A stretch of DNA of 64,000 nucleotides from the NCBI GenBank assembly GCA_016219275.1, contig JACRBM010000033.1, forward strand, positions 50,843-114,842, read 5' to 3'. The notes under the pieces were generated by a model that was given only the letters and a program-made list of their open reading frames with translations, had not been told where the DNA came from and made no database searches. Shown here in pieces: positions 42,762 to 53,164 of the stretch. A program made the translations under genes and the position numbers. Origin of the DNA: Chloroflexota bacterium (GTDB lineage: Bacteria; Chloroflexota; Anaerolineae; UBA4142). Position 1 is the first letter of the stretch; the number at the start of each line of letters is the position of its first letter.

Positions 42762-45512
42762 ATGAAAAGCGAAATCACCAAACGCGATTGGTTTCTCAGC
42801 GCGATGTTGTTCGTCGGCGCACTCGCGTTGTACGCGCGCACGCTCGCGCCTTCGGTCGCGTTTCTCTTCGACGATACACTCGACTTTCAGTACAGCGTTA
42901 CACGCCTCGGCATTCCGCATCAAACTGGGTATCCGCTTTACACGCTCCTCGGCAAACTCTTTTCAGTCGTCGTCCCGTTGAACGATGCCGCGTATCGCTT
43001 GAACCTTTTCACCGCGCTGTGCGGCGCGCTTGCCATCGCGATGCTGTACCTCGTCGTGCGGCAACTCACCGCGTACCGCATCGCCGCGTTCGTCGCCGCG
43101 CTCACGTTCGCGGTGAGCAAGACGTTTTGGGAGAACGCGGTCGTCGCCGAAATCTACACGCTGCAAATGCTCCTCACGACACTCGTGTTGTTTCTCGCGC
43201 TCCGTCACGCGTCACGCACACCTGCCCTGGCGGACGGTGCCAGGGTCACGCATCACGCGCTCTACGCGCTCGCGTTCGTGATGGGCTTGGGGCTCGCACA
43301 TCATCGCTTGATCGCGCTCACGTATCCTGCCATCGCGCTGTACGTTTGGTTGAGTGATCGCGCGATTCTGCATGATCGCAAAATTTTGATTCGCGCCGCG
43401 ATTGTTTTTCTCGCGCCGTTGTTGCTCTACCTGTACTTGCCACTGCGCGGAAACATCGGCTCGGCGGATGGCACGTACGAGAACACGCTCGGCGGTTTTT
43501 TCAACTGGGTGATGGCAAGTCAGTACACCGTGTTCCTCACTAGCAATCCGTTGAACATTGAGCGCAATCTCGCGGATTACTGGACGCTGTTTCAAAACGA
43601 GTTCGGCATCGTCGCGCTTGCGCTCGCGGTGCTCGGCGCGGTGTGGCTGTTGCGTCGTCCGCGCGAGTGGGGATTGATCGTCGTCGCGCTGATCCCGATC
43701 ACGCTGTTCGCGTTCAACTATCACGTCGCCGATGTATCGGTCTTTTTCCTAACGACATTTTTGCTCTGCGCGATTTTTATCGGCGCAGGCGCCGACGCCT
43801 TGTTAAACGTATTTTCGATTTTCGATTTTCGATTTTCGATTTTCGTTCAAGCCGGCGCAATACTACTCGTTCTATTCATTCCCTTGAACTTGGTACTCAA
43901 CAATTTCGCCACGAACGATTTGTCGGCAAAATGGGACGTGCACGATTACGGACTCGATGTGTTGAGCCAGCCGCTCGAGGCGAATGCGACGATCATCGGC
44001 ATCGTCGGCGAAACAACGCTTGTGCGATACTTGCAAGAAAATCGCGGCATTCGTCCCGATGTGCAAACCATTCCCGCCGACGATGAGCGTGCGCGTCTTG
44101 CCGCCGTCGAACGCGCACTCAAAGAAAATCGCGCGGTGTATCTGACGCGTCCGCTCAAGGATGTCGCGAACGCATATTCGCTCTCGTCGCGTGGCGCGCT
44201 CGTGCGCGTGCAACCTGGCTCTACGCAAACCCTCACGCCGCAACAATGGCTCGACGCGGATTTCAGCGCGGTCAAGCTGATTGGTTTTGATTTGGATACC
44301 ACGCGATTCGCCGCGATCCCAGATCATTGGCACGCGGAGAATGGTCGCGTCGCGCGGGTAACACTGTACTGGCAAGTGACGGATTCCATCGCGCGCGATG
44401 CGATGGTGTCTGTGAAAATCGTACGCGCGGATCGGCGCGTCGTCGGTCAAGTGGATCATCGTCCTGTGAATGGCGCGTATCCAACGACCGCGTGGCGCGT
44501 CGGCGAAATTATCACGGACACGTACGATGTGCCGCTGTTTCTCGGTGTAACGCCCGGCGCGTACGCGGTGAACGTTACAATGTATGACGCGTCGTCGAAC
44601 GCGGTGCTCGGTCAGCGCGACATCGCGCCGCTGCAACCTACCGCAGACACATCTACGCCGCGCCGCGAGTTGTGGAACATCGCGCATATCGCCGACGCCG
44701 ATTTTGGTGCGCTGACGCTTGCCGGTTATTCGCTCGACACCGAACACGCGCCATTGCGTCCCGGCGATGTCTTGCCGCTCACCTTACTTTGGCGCAGCGG
44801 CGCGAACCCCGTGCCTGACAGTCTTGCCGCGCGCTTGTGGCTCGAGGACGCGAACGGCAAAACGGTCGCGAGCCGCGAAACGGCGATCAGTGTCGGTTAT
44901 CCGCCGTTCGATTGGCAACCGAATTCGTTCGTGCGCGATTGGTCGTCCGCGCGTGTGCCCGCGAATGTTGCCGATGGAAAGTACGTCGTGCAATTCGCGC
45001 TCTCGCGCAAAAACGAATCGCTAGGTTCGTCATTGTTCCCGTTCGTGCCGACTGTCGTGCGACTGGGTACCGTGCAAATCAAGAATCGCGTGCGGGCGAC
45101 GATTGCGCCACGAATCTCACAACCCGTCGAAGTGCTCTTCAACCAAAAGGCGCGCTTGCTGGGTTTCGATCTCGCGCTGGATGAGCAACGCAACATGCGA
45201 TTGATGTTGCACTGGCGCGCGCTCGCATTGATGGACACCTCGTACACCGTGTTCGTCCATGTGCTCGACGCGCAAGGAACGGTTATCGCATCCGGCGACG
45301 CCGAACCTGGGAATGGCGAGTTCCCAACGACTGGTTGGATCGAGAACGAGTACATCGCGGACGTTCACACGTTCAACATTCCCGATGCGGCGCTAGCAGG
45401 TACATATCAAATTGAAGTTGGATTGTACGATACGACGACAGGTACACGTTTGAAAACCGTAGATGGTCAAAATCGTGTGATTCTCACTACTGTCAATCTT
45501 CCACTTCGATAG
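42762..45512 (+). CDS. DUF2723-type polytopic glycosyltransferase-like membrane protein (paralog 2) with three C-terminal beta-sandwich modules
   Basis: YARTLAPSVAFLFDDTLDFQYSVTRLGIPHQTGYPLYTLLGKLF. Three repeats of the L.GFDL...LYWQ...PTT.W...G.Y...V..YD pattern. ATG 42762 preferred. Confidence 0.8.
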   Translation: MKSEITKRDWFLSAMLFVGALALYARTLAPSVAFLFDDTLDFQYSVTRLGIPHQTGYPLYTLLGKLFSVVVPLNDAAYRLNLFTALCGALAIAMLYLVVRQLTAYRIAAFVAALTFAVSKTFWENAVVAEIYTLQMLLTTLVLFLALRHASRTPALADGARVTHHALYALAFVMGLGLAHHRLIALTYPAIALYVWLSDRAILHDRKILIRAAIVFLAPLLLYLYLPLRGNIGSADGTYENTLGGFFNWVMASQYTVFLTSNPLNIERNLADYWTLFQNEFGIVALALAVLGAVWLLRRPREWGLIVVALIPITLFAFNYHVADVSVFFLTTFLLCAIFIGAGADALLNVFSIFDFRFSIFVQAGAILLVLFIPLNLVLNNFATNDLSAKWDVHDYGLDVLSQPLEANATIIGIVGETTLVRYLQENRGIRPDVQTIPADDERARLAAVERALKENRAVYLTRPLKDVANAYSLSSRGALVRVQPGSTQTLTPQQWLDADFSAVKLIGFDLDTTRFAAIPDHWHAENGRVARVTLYWQVTDSIARDAMVSVKIVRADRRVVGQVDHRPVNGAYPTTAWRVGEIITDTYDVPLFLGVTPGAYAVNVTMYDASSNAVLGQRDIAPLQPTADTSTPRRELWNIAHIADADFGALTLAGYSLDTEHAPLRPGDVLPLTLLWRSGANPVPDSLAARLWLEDANGKTVASRETAISVGYPPFDWQPNSFVRDWSSARVPANVADGKYVVQFALSRKNESLGSSLFPFVPTVVRLGTVQIKNRVRATIAPRISQPVEVLFNQKARLLGFDLALDEQRNMRLMLHWRALALMDTSYTVFVHVLDAQGTVIASGDAEPGNGEFPTTGWIENEYIADVHTFNIPDAALAGTYQIEVGLYDTTTGTRLKTVDGQNRVILTTVNLPLR
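43811..43845. repeat. ATTTTCG x5 tandem heptamer tract inside a CDS
   Basis: Five perfect 7-nt units (35 nt), translated FSIFDFRFSIF. The same unit occurs in the intergenic array at 22094-22107. Confidence 0.85.
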
Positions 45513-45513
45513 G

Positions 45514-47271
45514 ATGAAAACTCGCTTTGATTTCACACGACTCGCGTTTCCCGTTCTGCTTGGCGCGTTCATCGCGCTTGCGTCCGCCTACAGTATCGTG
45601 ACTCCACTCGGGGAAGGTCCTGATGAGGTTTCGCACTTTGCGTATGTGCAGTATGTGATCGCGCATCACCGCTTGCCGATGCCTGAAGGCGCGGTTTTGG
45701 GCGAATCGCATCAACCGCCACTGTATTACATTATCAGCGCGCTCGCCGTTTTCTGGATTCCGCAGGACGAATTCGCGCCAATCGCCAACCCCGACTTTGC
45801 TTACGACAAGCCGCAGACCCCGAATCTTTTATTGCACACCCGCCGCGAAGCATTTCCCTATCGAGACGCTCCGCTGGCATGGCACTGGCTGCGTCTGCTC
45901 TCAGTCGTCATGGGCGCGGTCACAGTCTGGGCAACGTGGCACATCGCATCGGTATTTGTCTTGAATGACCCCTGGATCGTTTGGGGGGCGACCGCTTTCG
46001 TTGCCTTTCTGCCCGCATTCACATTCCTCAGCGCATTGGTGAACAACGACAACTTGATTATCATGCTGTCGAGCGTGAGCGTGTTACAAATTTTTCGGAT
46101 CGCGCAGAAACCACCACGCCTGCGCGATGCTGCTCTGTTAGGCGTACTGCTGGGATTAGCGACGCTCGCCAAGTTGAGTGGCTTGGTCGTTTGGTTATTT
46201 GTTGGAGTTGTCATGGCATTGCTCGCGTGGCAAAGCCGACAGTGGAAAACCTGGATGATTCAGGTGACCATCTGTTTCGGAGTGGCGGCAGTCATTGTCG
46301 CGCCCTGGATCATTTACAATCTGGCAAACTATGGCGATCCACTCGGCTGGGCGCTAGTGCTCTTGACCACACCCCAGCGTCTTACTCCGATGACGTCTGA
46401 TGAACTGGTCAAAATAATCGGCTGGGGTTTGTACACCAGTTTCTGGGGACGCTTTGGTGGCGCGCTGCACCTCAGAATGTCGGATGCAATATATGCTATC
46501 CTTGGAATCGTGCCGTTGCTCGCGCTGCTGGGTTGGATGCGCCATGCACGCGCCGCACGTTCGGCGAATCACGCTACTCACACGCGCGCGCTTGTTGCCG
46601 CGTTTGGCGTGTTCTGGGCAGTGATGCTTACCGCATTTGCGCGCTGGACACTTACTGTACTAGGAACGGATCAGGCGCGGCAATTGTTTCCAGGACTAGC
46701 CTTGTTCGTGATTGTCTTGACGCTGGGGGTGGGGTACCTTTTTGGAACACGCAAAAAAATCGCACTTGCCGCGATCTATGGCGGATTGTTTGCGTTGAAT
46801 CTCGCCGTTCTGCTATATCTCAATGTAACTTTTGCCGGAGCGCCGCAGAATCCAACTGCGTTACCCAAGCTGGGTGGCACGGCTGCCCCGGCAGATTTCG
46901 GAAACGCGATTCGCGTGCTCGATTATCGCGTCGAGCCGGCGCGGGTCGCGCCGGGTGATTCGATTATTACGCAAATCCAATGGCAAGCGTTGAGCGATGG
47001 AACGGAAAACTATTGGTTGTTACTCCGGCTTGGCGCAGAAGATCCGGTGGCGGAAAAGGAGGGTGTCCCAGCTGCTGGTCACCCTACGACGGATTGGTGG
47101 CAAAGAGACCAAGTATTTACATCGCACCATACGCTCGTCGTTCCAAAAGATACCGCGCCGGGGACATACACACTATGGCTTGGCTTGCATCCATTCGAAC
47201 GCTGGGAATGGCTGCCGGTGCGCGGAAATGAGATGATGGGGCTAGGCAATATCAAAATAGAAATTCCATAA
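45514..47271 (+). CDS. GT39/ArnT-like polytopic glycosyltransferase with one C-terminal beta-sandwich module
   Basis: N-terminal PLGEGPDEVSHFAYVQY..., about 11 TM segments, C-terminal IRVLDYRV...IQWQAL...PTTDWW...GTYTLWLGLH. Starts 1 nt after the upstream stop. Confidence 0.75.
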   Translation: MKTRFDFTRLAFPVLLGAFIALASAYSIVTPLGEGPDEVSHFAYVQYVIAHHRLPMPEGAVLGESHQPPLYYIISALAVFWIPQDEFAPIANPDFAYDKPQTPNLLLHTRREAFPYRDAPLAWHWLRLLSVVMGAVTVWATWHIASVFVLNDPWIVWGATAFVAFLPAFTFLSALVNNDNLIIMLSSVSVLQIFRIAQKPPRLRDAALLGVLLGLATLAKLSGLVVWLFVGVVMALLAWQSRQWKTWMIQVTICFGVAAVIVAPWIIYNLANYGDPLGWALVLLTTPQRLTPMTSDELVKIIGWGLYTSFWGRFGGALHLRMSDAIYAILGIVPLLALLGWMRHARAARSANHATHTRALVAAFGVFWAVMLTAFARWTLTVLGTDQARQLFPGLALFVIVLTLGVGYLFGTRKKIALAAIYGGLFALNLAVLLYLNVTFAGAPQNPTALPKLGGTAAPADFGNAIRVLDYRVEPARVAPGDSIITQIQWQALSDGTENYWLLLRLGAEDPVAEKEGVPAAGHPTTDWWQRDQVFTSHHTLVVPKDTAPGTYTLWLGLHPFERWEWLPVRGNEMMGLGNIKIEIP

Positions 47272-47413
47272 GGTGAACATCTTTGCCGAATTTGGATTGA
47301 CTCTATTTATCGCTTTGCTGGCGGCATGGGTGACTTTATATTCTGAGCTAGTTTGACAAAGTAACTCAAATCCAGTACTCTCTCAGTTACTACGGTGGAG
47401 GTCACACAAAAGT

Positions 47414-48751
47414 ATGGATATCGAAAAAATCGTTCTGATTCAGCCGGCGCACCAAGGACGGATTTTGGGCAAAGCCGCCGGTTCCCCCTATACGTTGATG
47501 CGTCTCGCTTCGATGGTGCCGGCTGACATCCCGATCGAAATCTGGGATGAAAACTTGGGACCATTGAACTATGCGCGACTCAACCCGCGCACGCTCGTCG
47601 GCATCAGCAGTATGACGGTAACCATCGAAGGCGCGCAAGTGATTGCCACGCGCGCGCGCCAGCGCGGCAGCACGGTGGTCGTCGGCGGCGTTCATGCTAC
47701 GCTCGTGCCGGACGAAGTGACGCCCTGGGCAGATACGGTCGTCGTCGGCGAAGCGTACCGCACCTGGCTCCAAATCATTCACGATTTCGCGAACGAAAAA
47801 TTACAACCGCGCTATGTGGATGTCGAATGGGCGTCGCTCGACACGCTTGCGCCCATCACCGATCGCGTGATCCAGCACGTGGATGAGCATCGCAACTATT
47901 GGACGCCCTCGCTAGAGATTACCCGCGGTTGTCCGCGCAACTGCACCTTTTGTACCGCCGTGCGCGTGTCCGGCAAAATCATGCGCCATCGTCCGGTGGA
48001 ACAAATCGTGGAAGAGATCGAACGCCGCCGCCTCAAACGCTTTTTCCTGACCGACGACAATCTCGGGTTGAATTTTCACACCGACCCGGCGTACATCGAA
48101 AAAGTTTTTCGCGCGCTCGAGCCTTTGCCGATTCGCAGTTGGACGACGCAAACCGAGTTGATCGTCGCGCAGTATCCCGATCTGATTGATCTGGCGCGAC
48201 GCGCGCACATGGACAAGTTTTTCATCGGCTTTGAATCCATCAACCCGGACAATCGCCGTGACCTGGGCGGCAAGACCAAGGGGCAGGTTGCCGATGTCAA
48301 GCGCGTCGTCCGCGCGATTCACGCGCGTGGTTTGAATGTCGTCGGTCTCTTTGTGTTCGGTTTCGACCACGACACCACCGATGTTTTTGAAAAGACCTGG
48401 CAGTTCATCCGCGAGACCGAGTTCGACGGCGTCAGCGTGACCGTGTTGACGCCTTTCCCCGGCACGCCCCAGCGCGAACAGTTGATCGCGCAAGACCGCC
48501 TCCTGCCGAACGTTCCGTGGCGTCATTATGACACCGCGCACGTTGCTTTTCGTCCCGCGCTGATGACGGTCGAGCAGTTGCGCGAAGGATATGATTGGTT
48601 GTGCCGCCAGGTCTATGCGCCGCGGCAGATTGCCACGCGGGGCATACGCACGCTCGGTCGTTATCCCTTGAGTCAGGCGCGCGCCAAAGCATTCTCGAGT
48701 TTCAGCACCGACATCGGCTACCGCAATGCCTACGCACTCCGCTACCGCTAG
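47414..48751 (+). CDS. B12-binding-domain radical SAM protein
   Basis: N-terminal Rossmann-like B12 region. Radical SAM cluster ITRGCPRNCTFCTA. Confidence 0.85.
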   Translation: MDIEKIVLIQPAHQGRILGKAAGSPYTLMRLASMVPADIPIEIWDENLGPLNYARLNPRTLVGISSMTVTIEGAQVIATRARQRGSTVVVGGVHATLVPDEVTPWADTVVVGEAYRTWLQIIHDFANEKLQPRYVDVEWASLDTLAPITDRVIQHVDEHRNYWTPSLEITRGCPRNCTFCTAVRVSGKIMRHRPVEQIVEEIERRRLKRFFLTDDNLGLNFHTDPAYIEKVFRALEPLPIRSWTTQTELIVAQYPDLIDLARRAHMDKFFIGFESINPDNRRDLGGKTKGQVADVKRVVRAIHARGLNVVGLFVFGFDHDTTDVFEKTWQFIRETEFDGVSVTVLTPFPGTPQREQLIAQDRLLPNVPWRHYDTAHVAFRPALMTVEQLREGYDWLCRQVYAPRQIATRGIRTLGRYPLSQARAKAFSSFSTDIGYRNAYALRYR

Positions 48752-49736
48752 TCAGTCTGTCATTTCGCAACGAGTCTGGTCTTTTGCCAAAATCGCGGTC
48801 AGTCTCGGCGTCCTGATTTTCTTGTTGACGCGGCTCAATCGCGCCGACCTGATCGAGCGGCTCGCGAGCGCGCAACTACTTTGGCTGGGTCTCGCGCTCG
48901 CGCTCTATTTCTGCGCGATCTTACTGGGCGTACTCAAGTGGCATCTGCTTGTGCGCGCCCAACACCTCGCCATTTCATTTAGGAATCTCGCCACGTTCAC
49001 GTTTACCGGCTTGTTTCTCGGCAATGTCCTGCCCTCCAACATCGGCGGCGATGTCGTTCGCGCGGCGATGCTCGCCCAAGCGGGACGCGGGACAACTGAA
49101 GCCGCCGCGATCTCGGTCGTGGTAGATCGCCTGTTGGGTCTTGCCGCTTTTTTTGGCGTCACGCTGATCAGCGCGGGCTTGGCGGTGGGATTGCTCACGC
49201 GCTCGACCGAACTCGAAGCGATTCAAACGGCGACCACGATTATCGCAACGGCTTTTGCCATAGGTGGCGCGTTCTTTTTCAGCCGGCGCGCCGCGCGGCA
49301 ACTCGCCCGCATTTTTGCGATTGGCTGGTTCGCGCGTTTCAAGCCGATGGCGTTACGCTTCTATCACGCGATTCAAATGTACCGGTTCAACTATGCCGCG
49401 CTGGCGGCGAACATCGCGCTCTCCACCGGTATCCTGGTGGTTGCCACGCTCGTGTGGTATTCGGTCGCACGCGCGCTCGATCTCCACATCTCGCTCATCT
49501 ATTTTTTCCTCTTCAATCCGCTCATCGCGTTTGTCTTGTTATTACCGATCTCATTCAACGGCTTGGGACCCAAAGAAGCCACCGCCGTCTTTTTTTTCGG
49601 ATTGATCGGCGTGCCGAGCGAAGCCGCGTTCGCCTTGTCGCTCCTGTTCCATGCCATCGTCGTGCTTACGAGTTTGCCCGGCGGCGTGTTCGTGGTGCGT
49701 AGCCGGACAGACCAACCTGGGCATCCCGACGAATGA
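48726..49736 (+). CDS. flippase-like membrane protein (UPF0104 / lysyl-PG synthase TM-region family)
   Basis: Eight hydrophobic segments. AKIAVSLGVLIFLL...LLGVLKWHLLVRA pattern. The start is uncertain (26-nt overlap with the upstream gene). Confidence 0.7.
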   Translation: MPTHSATASQSVISQRVWSFAKIAVSLGVLIFLLTRLNRADLIERLASAQLLWLGLALALYFCAILLGVLKWHLLVRAQHLAISFRNLATFTFTGLFLGNVLPSNIGGDVVRAAMLAQAGRGTTEAAAISVVVDRLLGLAAFFGVTLISAGLAVGLLTRSTELEAIQTATTIIATAFAIGGAFFFSRRAARQLARIFAIGWFARFKPMALRFYHAIQMYRFNYAALAANIALSTGILVVATLVWYSVARALDLHISLIYFFLFNPLIAFVLLLPISFNGLGPKEATAVFFFGLIGVPSEAAFALSLLFHAIVVLTSLPGGVFVVRSRTDQPGHPDE

Positions 49737-51775
49737 CTCCGGCGCTAGGCAAATCTGGGTTGTCGCGCGCGACCGGCGATCTCCTCGCGCTGGGTGTGCT
49801 GGGCGCGCTGGCGCTGTTCGTCGCCGGCTTTCTCCTGCGCGACGATGTGTTCATCTACGGCGACCACCCCGGACATTATTGGCTAACGTGGTACACGCTC
49901 AACATCGCCGTTCCACTCCACCATCGTTTGCTCGATTGGATTCCGTACTGGTACGCCGGTTACCCCGAACTGCAGTTCACCCCGCCGGGTTATCTCCTGC
50001 TCGGTTGGGCGCTGAATGTGCTCACCCTGGGCAAGTTCTCCGCCGCGTTCATCTACGCGATGGTCGCGTTCATCGGTTATGCGCTTCCTGGGTTTACATT
50101 TTACTACGCCGTGCGTCACCTAGATTTTGGACGACGCACCGCGTTCAGTGCGGGTCTGTTCGCGCTTGTGTTCCCGGCATTCTTCGACGGCGCGCCCGGC
50201 GCGTTCATCGGCATGATTGGGTCGCGGCTGGCGTTCGGGTTGAACGCGCTGTTTTTCGCGTGGACGATTGACGTGTTGGAGCGACGCGGCGCGCGTTATT
50301 TTTTCGCCGCCGCGCTCACACTCGCCGCGATTGTGCTCGCGCATCCGTACCATACGCTGGGGATTTTATTCGCGCTCGGATTGTACATTCTCGCGCGGCG
50401 TTTGCCGCGCGTGCCTTCTGCCATGCAAATGATCGCGTTGGTCGCCTGCGCCGCCGCGCTCGACGCGTTCTGGCTCGCACCGTTGTTCGCGCATTCGTCC
50501 GGCGCAATGGTCCCGATGTTGCGCGCGACGCTCGATCAAACCTGGCGCATTCTCACCGATGCGTCGCTCGCGCCGTTTGCCGTGCTCGCATTATTCGCGC
50601 TCGGGCGCGTGCGCCGCGAACGCGATGTCCAATCACGCGTGGTCATCCTCGTCGTACTTGCACTCCCGTTTGTTCTCGCTGGCGGAATGCTCGTCGCGCA
50701 TCTCGTTCTGATCGAACCGCAACGATTTTTCCAACTCGACCCGATTCGTCTGATCGGCGAATATTATTTCGCGTTGATCTGGCTCGCCGCGCTGGGCGCA
50801 TCCGAATTGACGGAATGGCTCGGTCGTTTCGTGGCACGTCCGTCTTATGCAACCTGGACGCGCGCGCTCGCCACCGCCGGCATCGGCGCGTTCTTCGCGA
50901 TTTCAATTTGGCAAACCGTCGCGTTTTTTCACCCGCGTCCGAACGCAGAGCCGCGATTTCTGAGTCAAGCGATTCGCGATTATCGGCTCGCTGAATTGTG
51001 GGATACGTTGCGCGACACACCCGGCCGCGTGTGGTTCACGTCGTACGCGACCGAACTGAACGCGCGCGGGACTGAATCGCTAGCAACTACATTGATGTCG
51101 CTCACACCGCTGTACACAAATCGCGAATTGATGGGCGGCACGTACAGTCATTGGTCGCCGGTCGCCGCGCGAATGTGGACGGGACAAACGCACCCGCGCG
51201 TCCTGCGCGGCTTGAATCACGAACAGGACAATCGCGCGCTCTTTGGTGTTCCCCTCGAATCATTCACCGAAGCGCAACTCGTCGCCGAGTGCGAACGCTA
51301 CAACATCACCGCCATCGTCGCGAGCGTGAACGATGAGCGCACGCGCGCGGTGCTCGACGCGATGCCGCGCGTGCAATCGTACTTCAACAATGGTTTCTTT
51401 TTCGTCTATCGCATCAAGAACTGGGACGGCGCATGGCTCGCCGCGGAAAACGCGACGGTCGAACTCATCGCCAAACAGGACGACCAAATCATTATGCGCG
51501 TGCGCGCCGCGCAAGCGGATGCGCGCGTGCGCGTGAAAATCCAGGCATATCCGCTCTGGCGCGCGGTCACGGATCGCGGCGAGCGCCTCACGATTACGGC
51601 GGACGATTTCGCGTTGATGCAAATCGCGTTGCCGCGCGGCGACGACTATATCGTGACGCTCCGCTACGCCGAAGACACGGTGGAACACATCGGCAATTCG
51701 ATTTCGATCTTGTTCATCGTCGTTGGGGGCGCGGGCGTCCTCTTCGCGTTCGCGCGGCAGAGATTTCAGTTTTGA
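49733..51775 (+). CDS. large polytopic membrane protein with a C-terminal soluble domain, GT-C-like, function unknown
   Basis: ATGA start/stop overlap with the upstream gene. More than 12 TM segments. N-terminal HPGHYWLTWY...IPYWYAGYPELQFTPPGY. Confidence 0.65.
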   Translation: MTPALGKSGLSRATGDLLALGVLGALALFVAGFLLRDDVFIYGDHPGHYWLTWYTLNIAVPLHHRLLDWIPYWYAGYPELQFTPPGYLLLGWALNVLTLGKFSAAFIYAMVAFIGYALPGFTFYYAVRHLDFGRRTAFSAGLFALVFPAFFDGAPGAFIGMIGSRLAFGLNALFFAWTIDVLERRGARYFFAAALTLAAIVLAHPYHTLGILFALGLYILARRLPRVPSAMQMIALVACAAALDAFWLAPLFAHSSGAMVPMLRATLDQTWRILTDASLAPFAVLALFALGRVRRERDVQSRVVILVVLALPFVLAGGMLVAHLVLIEPQRFFQLDPIRLIGEYYFALIWLAALGASELTEWLGRFVARPSYATWTRALATAGIGAFFAISIWQTVAFFHPRPNAEPRFLSQAIRDYRLAELWDTLRDTPGRVWFTSYATELNARGTESLATTLMSLTPLYTNRELMGGTYSHWSPVAARMWTGQTHPRVLRGLNHEQDNRALFGVPLESFTEAQLVAECERYNITAIVASVNDERTRAVLDAMPRVQSYFNNGFFFVYRIKNWDGAWLAAENATVELIAKQDDQIIMRVRAAQADARVRVKIQAYPLWRAVTDRGERLTITADDFALMQIALPRGDDYIVTLRYAEDTVEHIGNSISILFIVVGGAGVLFAFARQRFQF

Positions 51776-51829
51776 CAGCTTGGCGTATCGGCGGTACAAT
51801 CGCATCAGTTTGACGATAGGGAGGAAAAC

Positions 51830-52036
51830 ATGCCTTTTCGCTTTGAACCGACCGACATTATCATCATCGCGTTTGTCGCGTTCCTAATCTTCGGCGGCAT
51901 CGGTCGCTTGCCAGAAACGACGCGCGCGATGGGCAAAGCCATTCGCGAGTTTCGCGCCGCGCTCGCCGGCAAAGACGACGAGACGCCGAAAAAAGAAACG
52001 CCCCCAGCCCCAACCGAATCATCCAAACCCAGTTGA
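51830..52036 (+). CDS. tatA: twin-arginine translocase subunit TatA/E
   Basis: Single TM IIIIAFVAFLIFGG, an amphipathic helix LPETTRAMGKAIREFR, and an acidic/Pro tail. Confidence 0.85.
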   Translation: MPFRFEPTDIIIIAFVAFLIFGGIGRLPETTRAMGKAIREFRAALAGKDDETPKKETPPAPTESSKPS

Positions 52037-52043
52037 TTCTCCG

Positions 52044-53048
52044 ATGGTCTGGCTCCAATTCATCGTCTGCGCCGGTTTCATCGTTGTCGCAGGCAATCAA
52101 CTCTCACATTATGGCGACGTACTGGCAGAGAAATCCGGCTTGGGACGTTCTTGGATTGGAGCCGTCTTGCTTGCCAGCGTCACGTCGTTGCCCGAACTCA
52201 TCACCGGCACAAGCGCGATCGCGCTCGTCGGTGAACCCGACCTTGCCGTCGGTGGCATTCTCGGCAGTTGCCTCTTCAACCTCGTCCTCCTCGCGTTGCT
52301 CGATTTGATCTATCAACCGCGCGCCGCGTTGAACGACGCGCACGAAGGTCATACGCTTTCCGCCGGTTTCGGCATTCTGCTCATCGGTTTGACTTCGACG
52401 CGTCTCTTAGCCGGCAAAACCTGGCACGAGTGGACGCTCGGCTGGGTCGCACCGACGAGTTTGGTTATCTTGCTCGTCTATTTGGCAAGCCAACGGATGC
52501 TCTTTGCGTTCGAGCAACGTAGCATGGCGAACGGCGCACGCGACATGACGACGAATTACACGCACATCGCCACACGGCGCGCGGTGATCATCTTTTCCCT
52601 TGCCGCTCTCGCGATCGTCGCGCTCGGCGTGTGGCTCGCGTTTATCGGCGAAGACATTGCGCGCACGACCGGTTTGGACGCGAGTTTCGTCGGCAACGTG
52701 TTCCTCGCGATCAGCACCTCGCTTCCCGAAGTCGTCGTGACGATTGCCGCCGCGCGGATGAAAGCCGTAGACCTCGCGGTGGGCAACGTGCTCGGCAGTA
52801 ACGTATTCAATATCGCGATCCTCGCGGTGTACGATTTCGCGTACACGCGCGGCTCGATCTGGGAATTTGTTTCGCCGATTCACGCCGTCGCCGGTCTCGG
52901 CGCTATCGTCATGACCGCAGTCGCGATCATCAGTCTTACCTACCGCGCGTCCACGCGCGTGACCCGGCACGTGACGTGGGACGCGGCGCTCCTCATCGCG
53001 CTCTACCTAGCGAATGTGAGTTTGCTGTATTTGCTTGGCTCTGCCTAA
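52044..53048 (+). CDS. CaCA-family cation/Ca2+ exchanger membrane protein
   Basis: Alpha-repeat motifs ASVTSLPELITG and VGNVLGSNVFNIAIL. Confidence 0.8.
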   Translation: MVWLQFIVCAGFIVVAGNQLSHYGDVLAEKSGLGRSWIGAVLLASVTSLPELITGTSAIALVGEPDLAVGGILGSCLFNLVLLALLDLIYQPRAALNDAHEGHTLSAGFGILLIGLTSTRLLAGKTWHEWTLGWVAPTSLVILLVYLASQRMLFAFEQRSMANGARDMTTNYTHIATRRAVIIFSLAALAIVALGVWLAFIGEDIARTTGLDASFVGNVFLAISTSLPEVVVTIAAARMKAVDLAVGNVLGSNVFNIAILAVYDFAYTRGSIWEFVSPIHAVAGLGAIVMTAVAIISLTYRASTRVTRHVTWDAALLIALYLANVSLLYLLGSA

Positions 53049-53100
53049 CTCGGACATGCCAAAACTAAACAGCACAATTTAGATTAGCGCCAAGCCGGTT

Positions 53101-53129
53101 TTGGTGATTTTACCCGCTTTGACTATAAT
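53101..53129 (+). promoter_or_regulatory. sigma70-like promoter
   Basis: TTGGTG (53101-53106), 17 nt, TATAAT (53124-53129). Confidence 0.45.
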
Positions 53130-53164
53130 GGTGCCGAGCGTGCGCGCTCACGGATAAACAACGA

